Virus record (IMG/VR): IMGVR_UViG_3300022689_000130
Location: 1-64,000 of that record
Strand: one strand, 5' to 3'
Source of the DNA: a virus
DNA length: 64,000 bases
Both the position numbers and the translations under genes were made by a program. Positions 1 through 8,184 of the stretch are shown here, piece after piece (the stretch's first letter is position 1; each line of letters opens with the position of its first letter). The notes beneath the pieces were generated by a model. The model made no database searches and was not told the origin of the DNA. It saw only the letters and a list, made by a program, of their open reading frames with translations.

Positions 1-493
1 TTTTAAACTTGAGCGCCACCACTGCAAATTGCCCTGCCGTACGAAGTCCTTGAAAACTATTAATATTCATGCCGCCCACTGTCGAAAAAATGATGTTCCC
101 TAGACCGCCTTGTTCAAAATAAATTTCATCACCTGCGCTGAATCCTGTAGTTCCGTCAATGGTAATTGTAATGTCGGTCGCGCTATTGGTTTCTTTGTAT
201 TTCCCAGCATCTGTTAAGATAGCCGTGTATAAAGTTCCAGAAATGCTTTCAACAATACCTGTGCTTGACCCAATTCCAGCTAGTTTGCTTTTTTCTGCAT
301 CAGTAAATGCATTAGTATCAGGTTCAGCTTCATATGCAGCTTTGATTTCTGCTCCGGTCTGGTCGGCAGTAGCACCTGCTTCAATTCCGGCTAGTTTAGT
401 CTGCTCTGCATCAGTAAATGCGTTGGTGTTAGCTTCAGCTTCATATGCATCTTTGATAACATTGCCGAGAACGCTCAGTTGGATATCGGGCAT
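1..493 (-). CDS. Tail fibre-like protein, runs off the window edge (not in ORF track)
   Basis: Manual translation from ATG at 493: MPDIQLSVLGNVIKDAYEAEANTNAFTDAEQTKLAGIEAGATADQTGAEIKAAYEAEPDTNAFTDAEKSKLAGIG...LRTAGQFAVVALKFK; two AYEAE.TNAFTDAE..KLAGI repeats typical of phage fibres. Confidence 0.7.
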   Translation of the reverse strand, partial: MPDIQLSVLGNVIKDAYEAEANTNAFTDAEQTKLAGIEAGATADQTGAEIKAAYEAEPDTNAFTDAEKSKLAGIGSSTGIVESISGTLYTAILTDAGKYKETNSATDITITIDGTTGFSAGDEIYFEQGGLGNIIFSTVGGMNINSFQGLRTAGQFAVVALKFK

Positions 494-529
494 ATCATTC
501 CATTCCTCTACTTTTTATTATTTATACGG

Positions 530-571
530 TCAAACAAAAGCCGGGGCAATTTTGCCCCGGCTTTTGTTTGA
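530..571. terminator. Bidirectional intrinsic terminator
   Basis: Inverted repeat TCAAACAAAAGCCGGGGC / GCCCCGGCTTTTGTTTGA. Confidence 0.85.
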
Positions 572-590
572 CTAAACAACTGCTATCTTT

Positions 591-977
591 CTAATTTTGT
601 AATAAATCCTCAGGCGTTAAAATAGGGATACCTTTTTCGTCTGCCTGCTCACACATATTCTTCGTTCCAATACCACCTGGGAATGCCATAACCAAGTCTA
701 CGTCAAACAAATCCAACATCAAACGATTGCGGACGGGTCCTGCTGCTCGATTATATTTGTTCCATGCGGCAGGAACACGACATTGCTCTATTCCAACTTC
801 ACGGCAGACGTCATAAACCAAGGTGTCTGCACCATTTGCATCACCATGCACCACTATCATTCGTTCAAATTGTGCATCAAGTTTTGTAAGGCAATCGAAA
901 ACTGTGCCTACCTCAGCATAGTCCCGCCCGCCTGTTACAAGAACAATCGTTAAGGACTTTTTGTATATGCTGGGCAA
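591..977 (-). CDS. SLOG superfamily (DUF2493/YspA-like) nucleotide-binding protein
   Basis: Motifs VLVTGGRDY, VVHGDANGAD, AGPVRNRLM, AFPGGIGT. Confidence 0.85.
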   Translation of the reverse strand: MPSIYKKSLTIVLVTGGRDYAEVGTVFDCLTKLDAQFERMIVVHGDANGADTLVYDVCREVGIEQCRVPAAWNKYNRAAGPVRNRLMLDLFDVDLVMAFPGGIGTKNMCEQADEKGIPILTPEDLLQN

Positions 978-1152
978 GTATACCTCGAAATTTATCAGAC
1001 GTTAGATACGTCTTTCCATCGTTCAATTGACAGGCACGGATATCTAGTTCATGCACATCATTGTCTACGTGAACAAAGTAGGAAATGGAATCATCTTGCT
1101 CCCATTTCATCGACACAGTGTATTCTGAATCATTTATTTTGATACGCATCAA
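913..1152 (-). CDS. Hypothetical protein
   Basis: 79-aa ORF on the coding strand, overlaps the SLOG gene. Confidence 0.45.
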   Translation of the reverse strand: MMRIKINDSEYTVSMKWEQDDSISYFVHVDNDVHELDIRACQLNDGKTYLTSDKFRGILAQHIQKVLNDCSCNRRAGLC

Positions 1153-1221
1153 ATTTATTTGACTTTGGCCGAATTATCAGGATTACAAGCAACAAAATTA
1201 ATTCTATATGCATAATGTAAA

Positions 1222-1484
1222 TGGAGGATTCTGTTGCTACGCTCCTCCGGGCGCCAAGTCACTTACACTGCGAGAGCGTAAGCCTTAGGTGCAAAGTTAT
1301 CGTTTGCAGTTGTAGTTTTCTTCGCATTAACCGAGCTTAGATCCGGATATCTCTTTTCACCTATCAGCATACGTCGATCCCTGGTCACCCCCATAAAAAA
1401 TATACCTGATTGCAGGTATCTTATTGGTGGAGGTGCGGGGAATTGAACCCCGGTCCGTCCTACGTCATGATGAACGTCATCAAT
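1222..1484 (-). ncRNA. ssrA: Permuted (two-piece) tmRNA, alphaproteobacterial type; tag (A)ANDNFAPKAYALAV
   Basis: On the minus strand the acceptor piece (GGTTCAATTCC T-arm, CACCTCCACCA ending at 1425) precedes a 32-nt intervening hairpin and the coding piece starting GGGGGTGACCAGGGATCGAC at 1392; G3-U70 alanine pair; tag ORF 1307..1263; ends with GCAACAGAA. Outer ends approximate. Confidence 0.95.
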
Positions 1485-1491
1485 ACAACTC

Positions 1492-1522
1492 TATTTATAA
1501 ATTAAAGTAAGGTGTTTGTCAA
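1492..1522 (-). promoter_or_regulatory. Overlapping sigma70-type and T4-type late promoter for tmRNA
   Basis: TTGACA(1522-1517)-N17-TATAAATA(1499-1492). Confidence 0.7.
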
Positions 1523-1674
1523 GTCCGAAAACAGCCTATCACCAACCCACCAGCGTTTGCTACTATTCGATAGTTATGCAAAAAGAGCGAGGCCGAGCAA
1601 AAGGATACCGAACACAATGGCCCAAAATATCAGTTGCCCGAACTCGCTTTTTAATTTCTTGTAGATGCTTGGCC

Positions 1675-1866
1675 TCACTCAGCGCCGTTTTCACTCTTAA
1701 GCAATGTCCATGCGCCATATGCAATTGCCACCCATGCTGCATAAGGCAGAAGCTGCCCAAATACCAGCACAATAACTCCTAGTGCAATAATAACGCCGCC
1801 GTCCCATGTTGTGCGTTCAGCCCAACGTGCTAGAAACCAATTCCAAATGTTTGTGAAAAATTCCAT
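1675..1866 (-). CDS. Small two-TM membrane protein
   Basis: 63 aa, ERTTWDG followed by two hydrophobic segments; GAGGAG SD and TAAATA upstream. Confidence 0.75.
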   Translation of the reverse strand: MEFFTNIWNWFLARWAERTTWDGGVIIALGVIVLVFGQLLPYAAWVAIAYGAWTLLKSENGAE

Positions 1867-1900
1867 GATAGATCTCCTCTGTTACTAAGTATTTATTGAA

Positions 1901-2053
1901 TCAGTAGCAATCTTCGATAATTTCGTTGATTTCCACATATTCAGTATCGCCAAGCATACGTGCTCGAAAAAACACACATTCAGCCTGAATTTCACTAAGG
2001 CAATCCCAAGTTTCATAAGATTTGTCTTTTTTAATGACTGTTACGCCAAACAT
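1901..2053 (-). CDS. Hypothetical 50-aa protein (not in ORF track)
   Basis: MFGVTVIKKDKSYETWDCLSEIQAECVFFRARMLGDTEYVEINEIIEDCY with GGAG SD. Confidence 0.6.
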   Translation of the reverse strand: MFGVTVIKKDKSYETWDCLSEIQAECVFFRARMLGDTEYVEINEIIEDCY

Positions 2054-2094
2054 CACTCGCTCCAGTGTTAACGATTATCAAATATAGCAGGGGT

Positions 2095-2634
2095 TCACTT
2101 AATATCAACTGTCGCTAAAATCTTTTTTGTAGCGGATTTAGCAGCAATATTGATTGCCGATTCCCAACCATCTTCACGGTTTAAATTTTGAAAGAAAAAG
2201 TCAATATCAAAATCCGTAACAAGCCACATTCCCTGGTCAATCTCATTTTGTAGTTGATGTGGTTGCCACACGCAATAGCCTGTTACCAAAACAAATTGAT
2301 GCGGGCCGGTGCCGCGATTGATATCGGTTAAAATAGATTTGCCACTGGTATAACGCAAATCGTCGTTAAGTCTAACACTGGTGTTGTTTACATAGTCTGC
2401 ACTGTGAATGATATATCCGAGATGTTGATCGACTGGACCCCCTAGCAAAATACGCTCTGGATATTGCCAACCAAGGTCTTGTGCAAAGCGATTGGCCATT
2501 TCAGAATCCATTGGACAATTTAAAATTACACCAGCAGCACCTGCTGTGTCATCACTATGTATATAGATAACCGATTTGTAAAACATGTGATTGTTTACTT
2601 TCGGGGTTGCGATCAGAATTTTATTATCACTCAT
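2095..2634 (-). CDS. YqgE/AlgH (DUF179) family protein
   Basis: LIATP, F.KSVIY, GAAGVILN.P, GGPV, GY..W.P.QL.NEI..G.W motifs. Confidence 0.9.
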   Translation of the reverse strand: MSDNKILIATPKVNNHMFYKSVIYIHSDDTAGAAGVILNCPMDSEMANRFAQDLGWQYPERILLGGPVDQHLGYIIHSADYVNNTSVRLNDDLRYTSGKSILTDINRGTGPHQFVLVTGYCVWQPHQLQNEIDQGMWLVTDFDIDFFFQNLNREDGWESAINIAAKSATKKILATVDIK

Positions 2635-2706
2635 TTTCTATCCTTACTGTCTTTCTATTATACTTATCTAGATCAGAACGTCAATAGTTTGAGTGAAGAT
2701 AATAAA

Positions 2707-2826
2707 TTACTCAGTGTCTTGTGCTCGTTTTCTTAGTTTATGGGCTAAGACAACATAGCCTTGTCTCTCTGCTTCATTGGCCGCTCGCAAATAACCAATG
2801 CGCTCGAATGTCTTGATAATTCCCAT
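2707..2826 (-). CDS. Small protein, 39 aa (not in ORF track)
   Basis: MGIIKTFERIGYLRAANEAERQGYVVLAHKLRKRAQDTE; TAATG-coupled to the upstream ORF. Confidence 0.7.
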   Translation of the reverse strand: MGIIKTFERIGYLRAANEAERQGYVVLAHKLRKRAQDTE

Positions 2827-2972
2827 TATAGCTTTCCTTCGCGCTGTAGTTGTCGAATTCGACGCTCAAGATCCTCGTGGCTTGTAGCACGAGAAAGATA
2901 AACATCAATATCATTGTAGCGATAAACATGGCTGACAAAGTCAGCCATGTTTTTTAATGCATTACGAATCAT
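2826..2972 (-). CDS. DUF3563-like small protein, 48 aa (not in ORF track)
   Basis: YLSRATSHEDLERRIRQLQR resembles the DUF3563 pattern YL..A.D..DLE.R.R.L; ATGA-coupled. Confidence 0.65.
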   Translation of the reverse strand: MIRNALKNMADFVSHVYRYNDIDVYLSRATSHEDLERRIRQLQREGKL

Positions 2973-3103
2973 CGAGCGTTCCAATCGCGGGATAATTGCT
3001 CTACCGCCGCATCAAATTCTTCTGGCTTATATTCCAGACGAACATAGCGTTCGATATCTTTGCGGCTGGCGCGGGGGGTTCGGTTGAATAGACGTTTAAA
3101 CAT
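2969..3103 (-). CDS. Small protein, 44 aa (not in ORF track)
   Basis: MFKRLFNRTPRASRKDIERYVRLEYKPEEFDAAVEQLSRDWNAR with AGGAG SD. Confidence 0.7.
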   Translation of the reverse strand: MFKRLFNRTPRASRKDIERYVRLEYKPEEFDAAVEQLSRDWNAR

Positions 3104-3128
3104 TGATATAACTCCTGTTGTAAAAAAG

Positions 3129-3146
3129 TGCAGCAATATTGCTGCA
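3129..3146. promoter_or_regulatory. Perfect 18-bp palindrome, candidate operator
   Basis: TGCAGCAATATTGCTGCA just upstream of the small-protein operon. Confidence 0.55.
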
Positions 3147-3206
3147 ACTGCATAATAATATTTACAATAAAGTCAGGGGTTTTACGATTGTTACCTAGTA
3201 AAGGTC

Positions 3207-3227
3207 GATATGCAGATACCGCATATC
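3207..3227. promoter_or_regulatory. LysR-type box candidate (ATGC-N7-GCAT)
   Basis: GATATGC-agatacc-GCATATC inverted repeat containing T-N11-A. Confidence 0.45.
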
Positions 3228-4611
3228 ACTTTTCAAGCTTGAAGCCTACACGTCCTTTGTTGCCAGTGGCAAAGTAGTTTTTGTTATAGATGAATGGTTT
3301 GTTGTTATCAGGCAGCTTGGCGTAGTATGTGAATGTTACTTGGTTGCCACTCAATCCCACTTTAGTGAGGATCTGTATATATCTGTTCTCACGTAGTGTT
3401 GCATTGATCACGTCAACGAACTCAGGCTCGTTATTAACGCGGCTGATTACAAGATTTACAATGGCTGCAATGAGATGGTTGTAAACGGAATACTCTGGTC
3501 GTGAAAGAGTATTTTTGTCAACACCTTGGTTCGCCAAAATCTGCTTGAGCCTGTTGCTTTGTAACACATCAGGATTTTGCTCGTTACGATCAAGATTTTC
3601 AATCTCTTCGATGTCTTCAGGGCTGATAATCTTCATCTGTCGTGCTAGCACAACAGGACCCAGTGTGCCTGCATTGCGAGGATCCGCTGAGTATGCTGGA
3701 AGTGCCGCCAGGTCTTTTACGATGGTTGCACCCTTTGGGTAACGACGCGCAACATCAGGTGGCATGATTTTGTAGATTCCAAGAAGGCTGCTAGCCGCAC
3801 CTCCTGCTTTGAACATCTTGCTGCTGACGCCAATCTTACGTCCTTCTGACGTTACAAGATAGCTGTCAATCAACATACCAGTTGTGTCTTGTGGGAACAC
3901 GATTTTGCTGCTCTTGAGATCTTTGATGTCGTAACGATCTTCGATTTCTGACACATCGACATTCACGATATTATCACTAAGCAATGCAATAACACCCGCA
4001 TACTCGCCTGCATACTTGGCAATGATGCCTGCTTGGCTGCGCTTTTCGAATGTGATGGGTTGATTGCTGTCTGCTGCATTTTCTAGAACCTGATCAATCA
4101 ATCCAATCATGTTCTCATACGGCGTGCCTTTAAGATTTTTCTTGAGATTGAATTCAATGCTATCGAGTAGTTGATCAACGGTGCGTGGATTTTCATCTGG
4201 CACGAGATCGCTAGGTTTGATAGGAAGGCTTTCAGTTTCGATAGCAGCTTGGAATTTATATCCTGTTGGTGCAGCCCATTTATTGTGAATGCTCATCAGG
4301 TCCTTGACATAGCGAACGTGCGCTTCTCTGCTACCGTCTGGGCGCTCAAATTCAGCCACGATAGCAGCTCTGCTCAAACTGTTAGGAGCATTGTCGTTTA
4401 CACGCTTCATGTCTTGTGGGATGACTTGGTCCAAGGCACCTTCGAGCTCTTCACGAGAGTCAAATGCGTAGTCATTTTCTGGACGAATGAACTTGATTTC
4501 TACCACAGTGAGCGTGTCATCAGGATTGGACGTATTAACATATACGTCTCCTGGTGCTCTTGCGCTTACACCACGCGCTTCATCTAGGTGGAGAAATTCT
4601 TGGGCTCGCAT
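3226..4611 (-). CDS. Hypothetical protein with probable PD-(D/E)xK nuclease-like domain and N-terminal tag
   Basis: IVFP...LIDSYLV...KIGVSSK resembles a restriction-endonuclease core; starts MRAQEFLHLDE; TAAATA 5 nt upstream. Confidence 0.5.
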   Translation of the reverse strand: MRAQEFLHLDEARGVSARAPGDVYVNTSNPDDTLTVVEIKFIRPENDYAFDSREELEGALDQVIPQDMKRVNDNAPNSLSRAAIVAEFERPDGSREAHVRYVKDLMSIHNKWAAPTGYKFQAAIETESLPIKPSDLVPDENPRTVDQLLDSIEFNLKKNLKGTPYENMIGLIDQVLENAADSNQPITFEKRSQAGIIAKYAGEYAGVIALLSDNIVNVDVSEIEDRYDIKDLKSSKIVFPQDTTGMLIDSYLVTSEGRKIGVSSKMFKAGGAASSLLGIYKIMPPDVARRYPKGATIVKDLAALPAYSADPRNAGTLGPVVLARQMKIISPEDIEEIENLDRNEQNPDVLQSNRLKQILANQGVDKNTLSRPEYSVYNHLIAAIVNLVISRVNNEPEFVDVINATLRENRYIQILTKVGLSGNQVTFTYYAKLPDNNKPFIYNKNYFATGNKGRVGFKLEK

Positions 4612-4632
4612 AACGATATTTATGCGAGTTTG

Positions 4633-4938
4633 CTATTCTTCCTCAAGGGTGATTTTGAGGTTCTGGTTTGACAGACTAATCAAAACCATCGCTTCGGAAT
4701 ACTTCTGCTCAGCGATTTCATACGGATAGACGCCTGCGACCCCTTTTCCTTCTGTATGTATTTTGAGCATGAGTTCAGTTGCTTGATCTAAATTGAGCTT
4801 GAAAACATAGTGGAGCAACTCAACAACAAAATCCATTGGCGTAAAATCGTCATTATGAACGATTACTGCCCACTTCTTTGGCTTCTTCAACTTGGTTTTG
4901 TTTTGCGTTCTATCGACGGTTTCAGTATCAGTTGACAT
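4633..4938 (-). CDS. clpS: ATP-dependent Clp protease adaptor ClpS
   Basis: VIVHNDDFTPMDFVVELL, MLKIHTEGKGVAGVYPYEIAE; start reassigned to MSTDTE. Confidence 0.95.
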   Translation of the reverse strand: MSTDTETVDRTQNKTKLKKPKKWAVIVHNDDFTPMDFVVELLHYVFKLNLDQATELMLKIHTEGKGVAGVYPYEIAEQKYSEAMVLISLSNQNLKITLEEE

Positions 4939-4956
4939 AGCATCCCTATTTAGATG

Positions 4957-4981
4957 GGGAGGCAGCGTTCGCTGCCTCCCC
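4957..4981. terminator. GC-rich hairpin between hsp20 and clpS
   Basis: GGGAGGCAGCG-ttc-GCTGCCTCCC inverted repeat. Confidence 0.6.
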
Positions 4982-5012
4982 ACTTACATGATGAAGCATA
5001 ACCTAATAGATT

Positions 5013-5456
5013 TTACTTACCAATCTTCTTGATTTCGATTTGTCGCGGCTTCATCTCTTCAGGAAGCTCGCGGTGAAGTTTGACGAAAAGAACGCCGTCC
5101 TCCATCTCAGCTTCAACAACTTCAACATGTTCTGCAAGTAAGAATTCACGTTCAAATGCACGTGAGCTAATCCCGCGATGCAGATATTTCGCATAATCAT
5201 CCTGGATCTCTGGCTTGTGGCCTTCAATTGAAAGCTTTTTGCCGTCCTGTGTGATTTCAAGGTCGTCAATCTTGAAGCCTGCAAGTGCAACTTCAATAAC
5301 GTAGTCGTCATCACTGACTTTGATGAGGTTGTACGGAGGATATGCCGTTGTTCTTGAGTGCCCCACGGCTTCGTCAAAAAGATCGAACATACGGTCAAAT
5401 CCAATCCCGCGCTCGTTCAAAAAGCTAGGTAGAGTTTGTGTTGTGATATTTTTCAT
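5013..5456 (-). CDS. Small heat shock protein Hsp20 (IbpA-like)
   Basis: IGFDRMF, YPPYNL, IEVALAGF, YLHRGISSRAFEREF.LAEHVEV, GVL. Confidence 0.95.
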   Translation of the reverse strand: MKNITTQTLPSFLNERGIGFDRMFDLFDEAVGHSRTTAYPPYNLIKVSDDDYVIEVALAGFKIDDLEITQDGKKLSIEGHKPEIQDDYAKYLHRGISSRAFEREFLLAEHVEVVEAEMEDGVLFVKLHRELPEEMKPRQIEIKKIGK

Positions 5457-5516
5457 TGGTAATCTCCTTCTTAAGCAAGATTGTTAATGTTATGGACCCG
5501 TCATCGGCATCCACGC
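5457..5516 (-). promoter_or_regulatory. ROSE-like RNA thermometer in hsp20 5' UTR
   Basis: UCUUGCUU-aag-AAGGAGA hairpin sequesters the SD with the U(U/C)GCU bulged-G signature; upstream hairpin GUGGAUGCCG..CGGGUCCAU. Confidence 0.65.
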
Positions 5517-5526
5517 TGGTATTTAT

Positions 5527-5772
5527 CTACCAGTCTTGACGTTTGGCAACTTCTTTTTGCCAACGTTTACGTGCTGCCGCCCGCGCCTTTTTGCGCTTCA
5601 TGCTAGGCTTTTCAAAGTAACGGCGGTCACGTAACTCTTTAAAGACCCCTTCATTTTGAAGGATCTTTTTCAGGCGCCTCATGGCCTGGTTAATGTTGTT
5701 ATCTCGGACTTCGACTCTTGAGCCTCGCGGTCCGTTATACTGATTCTTTTGGTTAGGCGTTTGTCTTGCCAT
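5527..5772 (-). CDS. rpsU: 30S ribosomal protein bS21
   Basis: VEVRDNNINQAMRRLKKILQNEGVFKELRDRRYFEKPSMKRKK. Confidence 0.95.
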   Translation of the reverse strand: MARQTPNQKNQYNGPRGSRVEVRDNNINQAMRRLKKILQNEGVFKELRDRRYFEKPSMKRKKARAAARKRWQKEVAKRQDW

Positions 5773-5867
5773 CTATTCCTCTTATTATTGCTATGGTGCG
5801 TTTGCCTGCAAGCTGCGGCTTACTGTAAGATAGCATACCCTTAATTATATGCGAAAACGCTGTAATG

Positions 5868-6305
5868 TCAAGATATTTTACCGTATTCTTCAAAAAGTTT
5901 TTTTTCAATCTCATCGAGCGATCCGAATACCTCATACTGGTAACTGTTAAGTAAGGCTGCCATGGTTGAGTGTGTTTCCTGTTGCGAAAACCAAAAAACC
6001 ATAGCGCACTTTTCTTGCTCAGCTTGCATTGCAAGAAATACTTCCTCTGTTGTAATGTTGTCAAGGTTGACAAAGATGCTGCTCACCATTCCTGTTGCTG
6101 CACGGAACCAAGGAACATGTTGTGGTCGAAATCCATCCTCGCTAACATAAAAAGTAATTTCAACTTCGGGAAAAATTTTGTCATAAATGTCTGTATAAGG
6201 CTTGCTGTCATCCATAGTGATGCCAAGCAACAAGACACTTGGACCGATCGTGTTGAGTCGTAGATCTGGCGGCGTAACCGTATACACCGTGTTCTTAGCT
6301 TTCAT
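5868..6305 (-). CDS. Hypothetical protein
   Basis: 145-aa ORF coupled to the upstream gene. Confidence 0.7.
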   Translation of the reverse strand: MKAKNTVYTVTPPDLRLNTIGPSVLLLGITMDDSKPYTDIYDKIFPEVEITFYVSEDGFRPQHVPWFRAATGMVSSIFVNLDNITTEEVFLAMQAEQEKCAMVFWFSQQETHSTMAALLNSYQYEVFGSLDEIEKKLFEEYGKIS

Positions 6306-7797
6306 CTACAGGTCCGTTGTTGGATGATAGTCGTTTGACTCGCAAAACGCTTCCGTTGCGCTTGGGCAAGTTTTCTTCAACAGTGTTGCGATCTTGTGGT
6401 CCAGGAGTCAACTGTTCCTCTGCTTGATAAGGGGCAAGTAACCCTTCTGATTCAGTCAAGTCTCCCGGACTTCTAACGTTTGTAGTGGTGTCGACAGGGT
6501 TTACAGACAGGCTTTTATGTTTAACGTCTGAGTCTGTTTTAGCGCCAACCCCGTCGACGTATGGCGGTGGTGTTTCACTTCCATCGTCATTTTCAACATT
6601 ATGTGGTATTTCTGGAGTAATGTCAACAGGTTTTCTATGTAATATACTGAGCCCTGCAATAACAAGGACAATTGCTAAAGGATCAAACACGAAAACTAAC
6701 ACAATAATGACCCAACGCACTGCTTCTTCTAGTAGCTCTGGGCTGGAATCGCCATAAACAAGCTCAGCAATATACTTGACTGGACCTACTTCAACTTCTA
6801 ATATGCGCAGTTCGCCTTCCAAATCAAACTTGCGCTGTAGCAATTCGTCAACTGTTCGATTGGCTTTATCAATGACAGCCTCTTGCTCAGCAATGCCTGC
6901 TGTGTTGTCTGCTGTAGTGACCGAGATCAACTGTGTGCGAAATACATTAATGGCTTCCTGCGCCCTAGCAATCTCTGCGTTCGCTGCCTGTTGCAGTCTT
7001 GTGATTTCTTCACGGGCGGCAATGACCGCAGGATTTTCTGTAGCTGATGCTGTCTCCAAACGATCAATAATTTCTCTTTGCCGGGCATCAAGGGCGGCGG
7101 TGAACTCTGCAATACGTTGGCGTGTATTTGGACCCATCACACCATCCACGTCCGCGCCAACGAGTGCTTGTAGTGTGCGCACATCGCCACTGCTCTGTGC
7201 TACTGACAACTCGTCTCGTTGCACTCTAATGCGTTCTAGTTCGTCTTGTAGTGGTTCCAAGTTACCGCTTTGCTGTGTAATTAGTTGATTTTGCACTGCA
7301 ATGTCGCGATCGAGGCGAGAATTGATGTTTGCGATCAAACGCTCTTGTGCTTCAATACGTGCTTGAATGTTTGTGTCCGCATTGTCGACGCGCTCGTCAA
7401 AGCTGGCAATAGCAAGATTGGCTCGCTCTATCACTTGCTGCTCTCGACGTATTTCGTCGTCTATACGTTCAATCTGTGCTATTAAACTTCCTGAGCTGGC
7501 AGCTTGTTCAATATGTGCTTTGGACAGGAAACCAAAAATACCCATGCTTGTAATTAACATGAGCACCACAACAGCACTAGTCAAATAGGTCTTCACAAGG
7601 ACGCCGGATTCTGACCAAAAACTGTGCAACCAAATGGCTGTAGTGATTTTGGCAACTTCTAATGCAGCGCCCATGATAATGACTGGGACAACAGCCGCAG
7701 CGAAAATAGCAGTTAAGCCAATAATACTATAGTATGCGGCTACTGCGCTGACCGTCAAGGCGACGATCATCGTCCAAATTCCAAAAATAAATCTCAT
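6295..7797 (-). CDS. Membrane protein with long coiled coil and peptidoglycan-binding-like segment
   Basis: Three N-terminal TM helices, coiled coil, LQALVGADVDGVMGPNT (PG_binding_1-like), C-terminal TM VFVFDPLA. Confidence 0.7.
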   Translation of the reverse strand: MRFIFGIWTMIVALTVSAVAAYYSIIGLTAIFAAAVVPVIIMGAALEVAKITTAIWLHSFWSESGVLVKTYLTSAVVVLMLITSMGIFGFLSKAHIEQAASSGSLIAQIERIDDEIRREQQVIERANLAIASFDERVDNADTNIQARIEAQERLIANINSRLDRDIAVQNQLITQQSGNLEPLQDELERIRVQRDELSVAQSSGDVRTLQALVGADVDGVMGPNTRQRIAEFTAALDARQREIIDRLETASATENPAVIAAREEITRLQQAANAEIARAQEAINVFRTQLISVTTADNTAGIAEQEAVIDKANRTVDELLQRKFDLEGELRILEVEVGPVKYIAELVYGDSSPELLEEAVRWVIIVLVFVFDPLAIVLVIAGLSILHRKPVDITPEIPHNVENDDGSETPPPYVDGVGAKTDSDVKHKSLSVNPVDTTTNVRSPGDLTESEGLLAPYQAEEQLTPGPQDRNTVEENLPKRNGSVLRVKRLSSNNGPVDES

Positions 7798-7800
7798 GTG

Positions 7801-8103
7801 TTAATCTGCTTTGGCGAAGCCTTGCCCTATCATCAATTCGTTGATATTTAGCAGGTTTCCTTGCCCATCGTCTGCGAACAGATAAGCAAGAACTCGCCCT
7901 TCGCGCATCTTACGGGTGTTTGCTACCTGGATTTTAAATTCACGAGGTAATATTTGAATCAACTTTTCCATTGATTCAGGACTATCATCAACACCAAAAA
8001 GCCTGATATTCTGTCTAAGTGTTTGCCCAAACCAAAGGTCGATATCAGCTTCAACAGTGTTGCCGTTTACCACACGGATTAAACGACACCAATTTTCATA
8101 CAT
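7801..8103 (-). CDS. Thermonuclease (SNase)-like protein with degenerate active site
   Basis: RVVNGNTVEADIDLWFG, IRLFGVD, GRVLAY, NINELMI..GFA. Confidence 0.8.
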   Translation of the reverse strand: MYENWCRLIRVVNGNTVEADIDLWFGQTLRQNIRLFGVDDSPESMEKLIQILPREFKIQVANTRKMREGRVLAYLFADDGQGNLLNINELMIGQGFAKAD

Positions 8104-8136
8104 TGCCTAGCCTTCTTTTTATTATGTCATCATATT

Positions 8137-8160
8137 TATGCCCTGCAAATGCAGGGCATA
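8137..8160. terminator. Hairpin downstream of cell wall hydrolase
   Basis: TATGCCCTGCA-aa-TGCAGGGCATA. Confidence 0.55.
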
Positions 8161-8184
8161 AGACCAACTAAAGTATAGGAAGGC

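Noticed and set aside
1425-1460. tRNA-like T-arm and CCA end
   Set aside because: It is the acceptor piece of the permuted tmRNA; there is no anticodon arm
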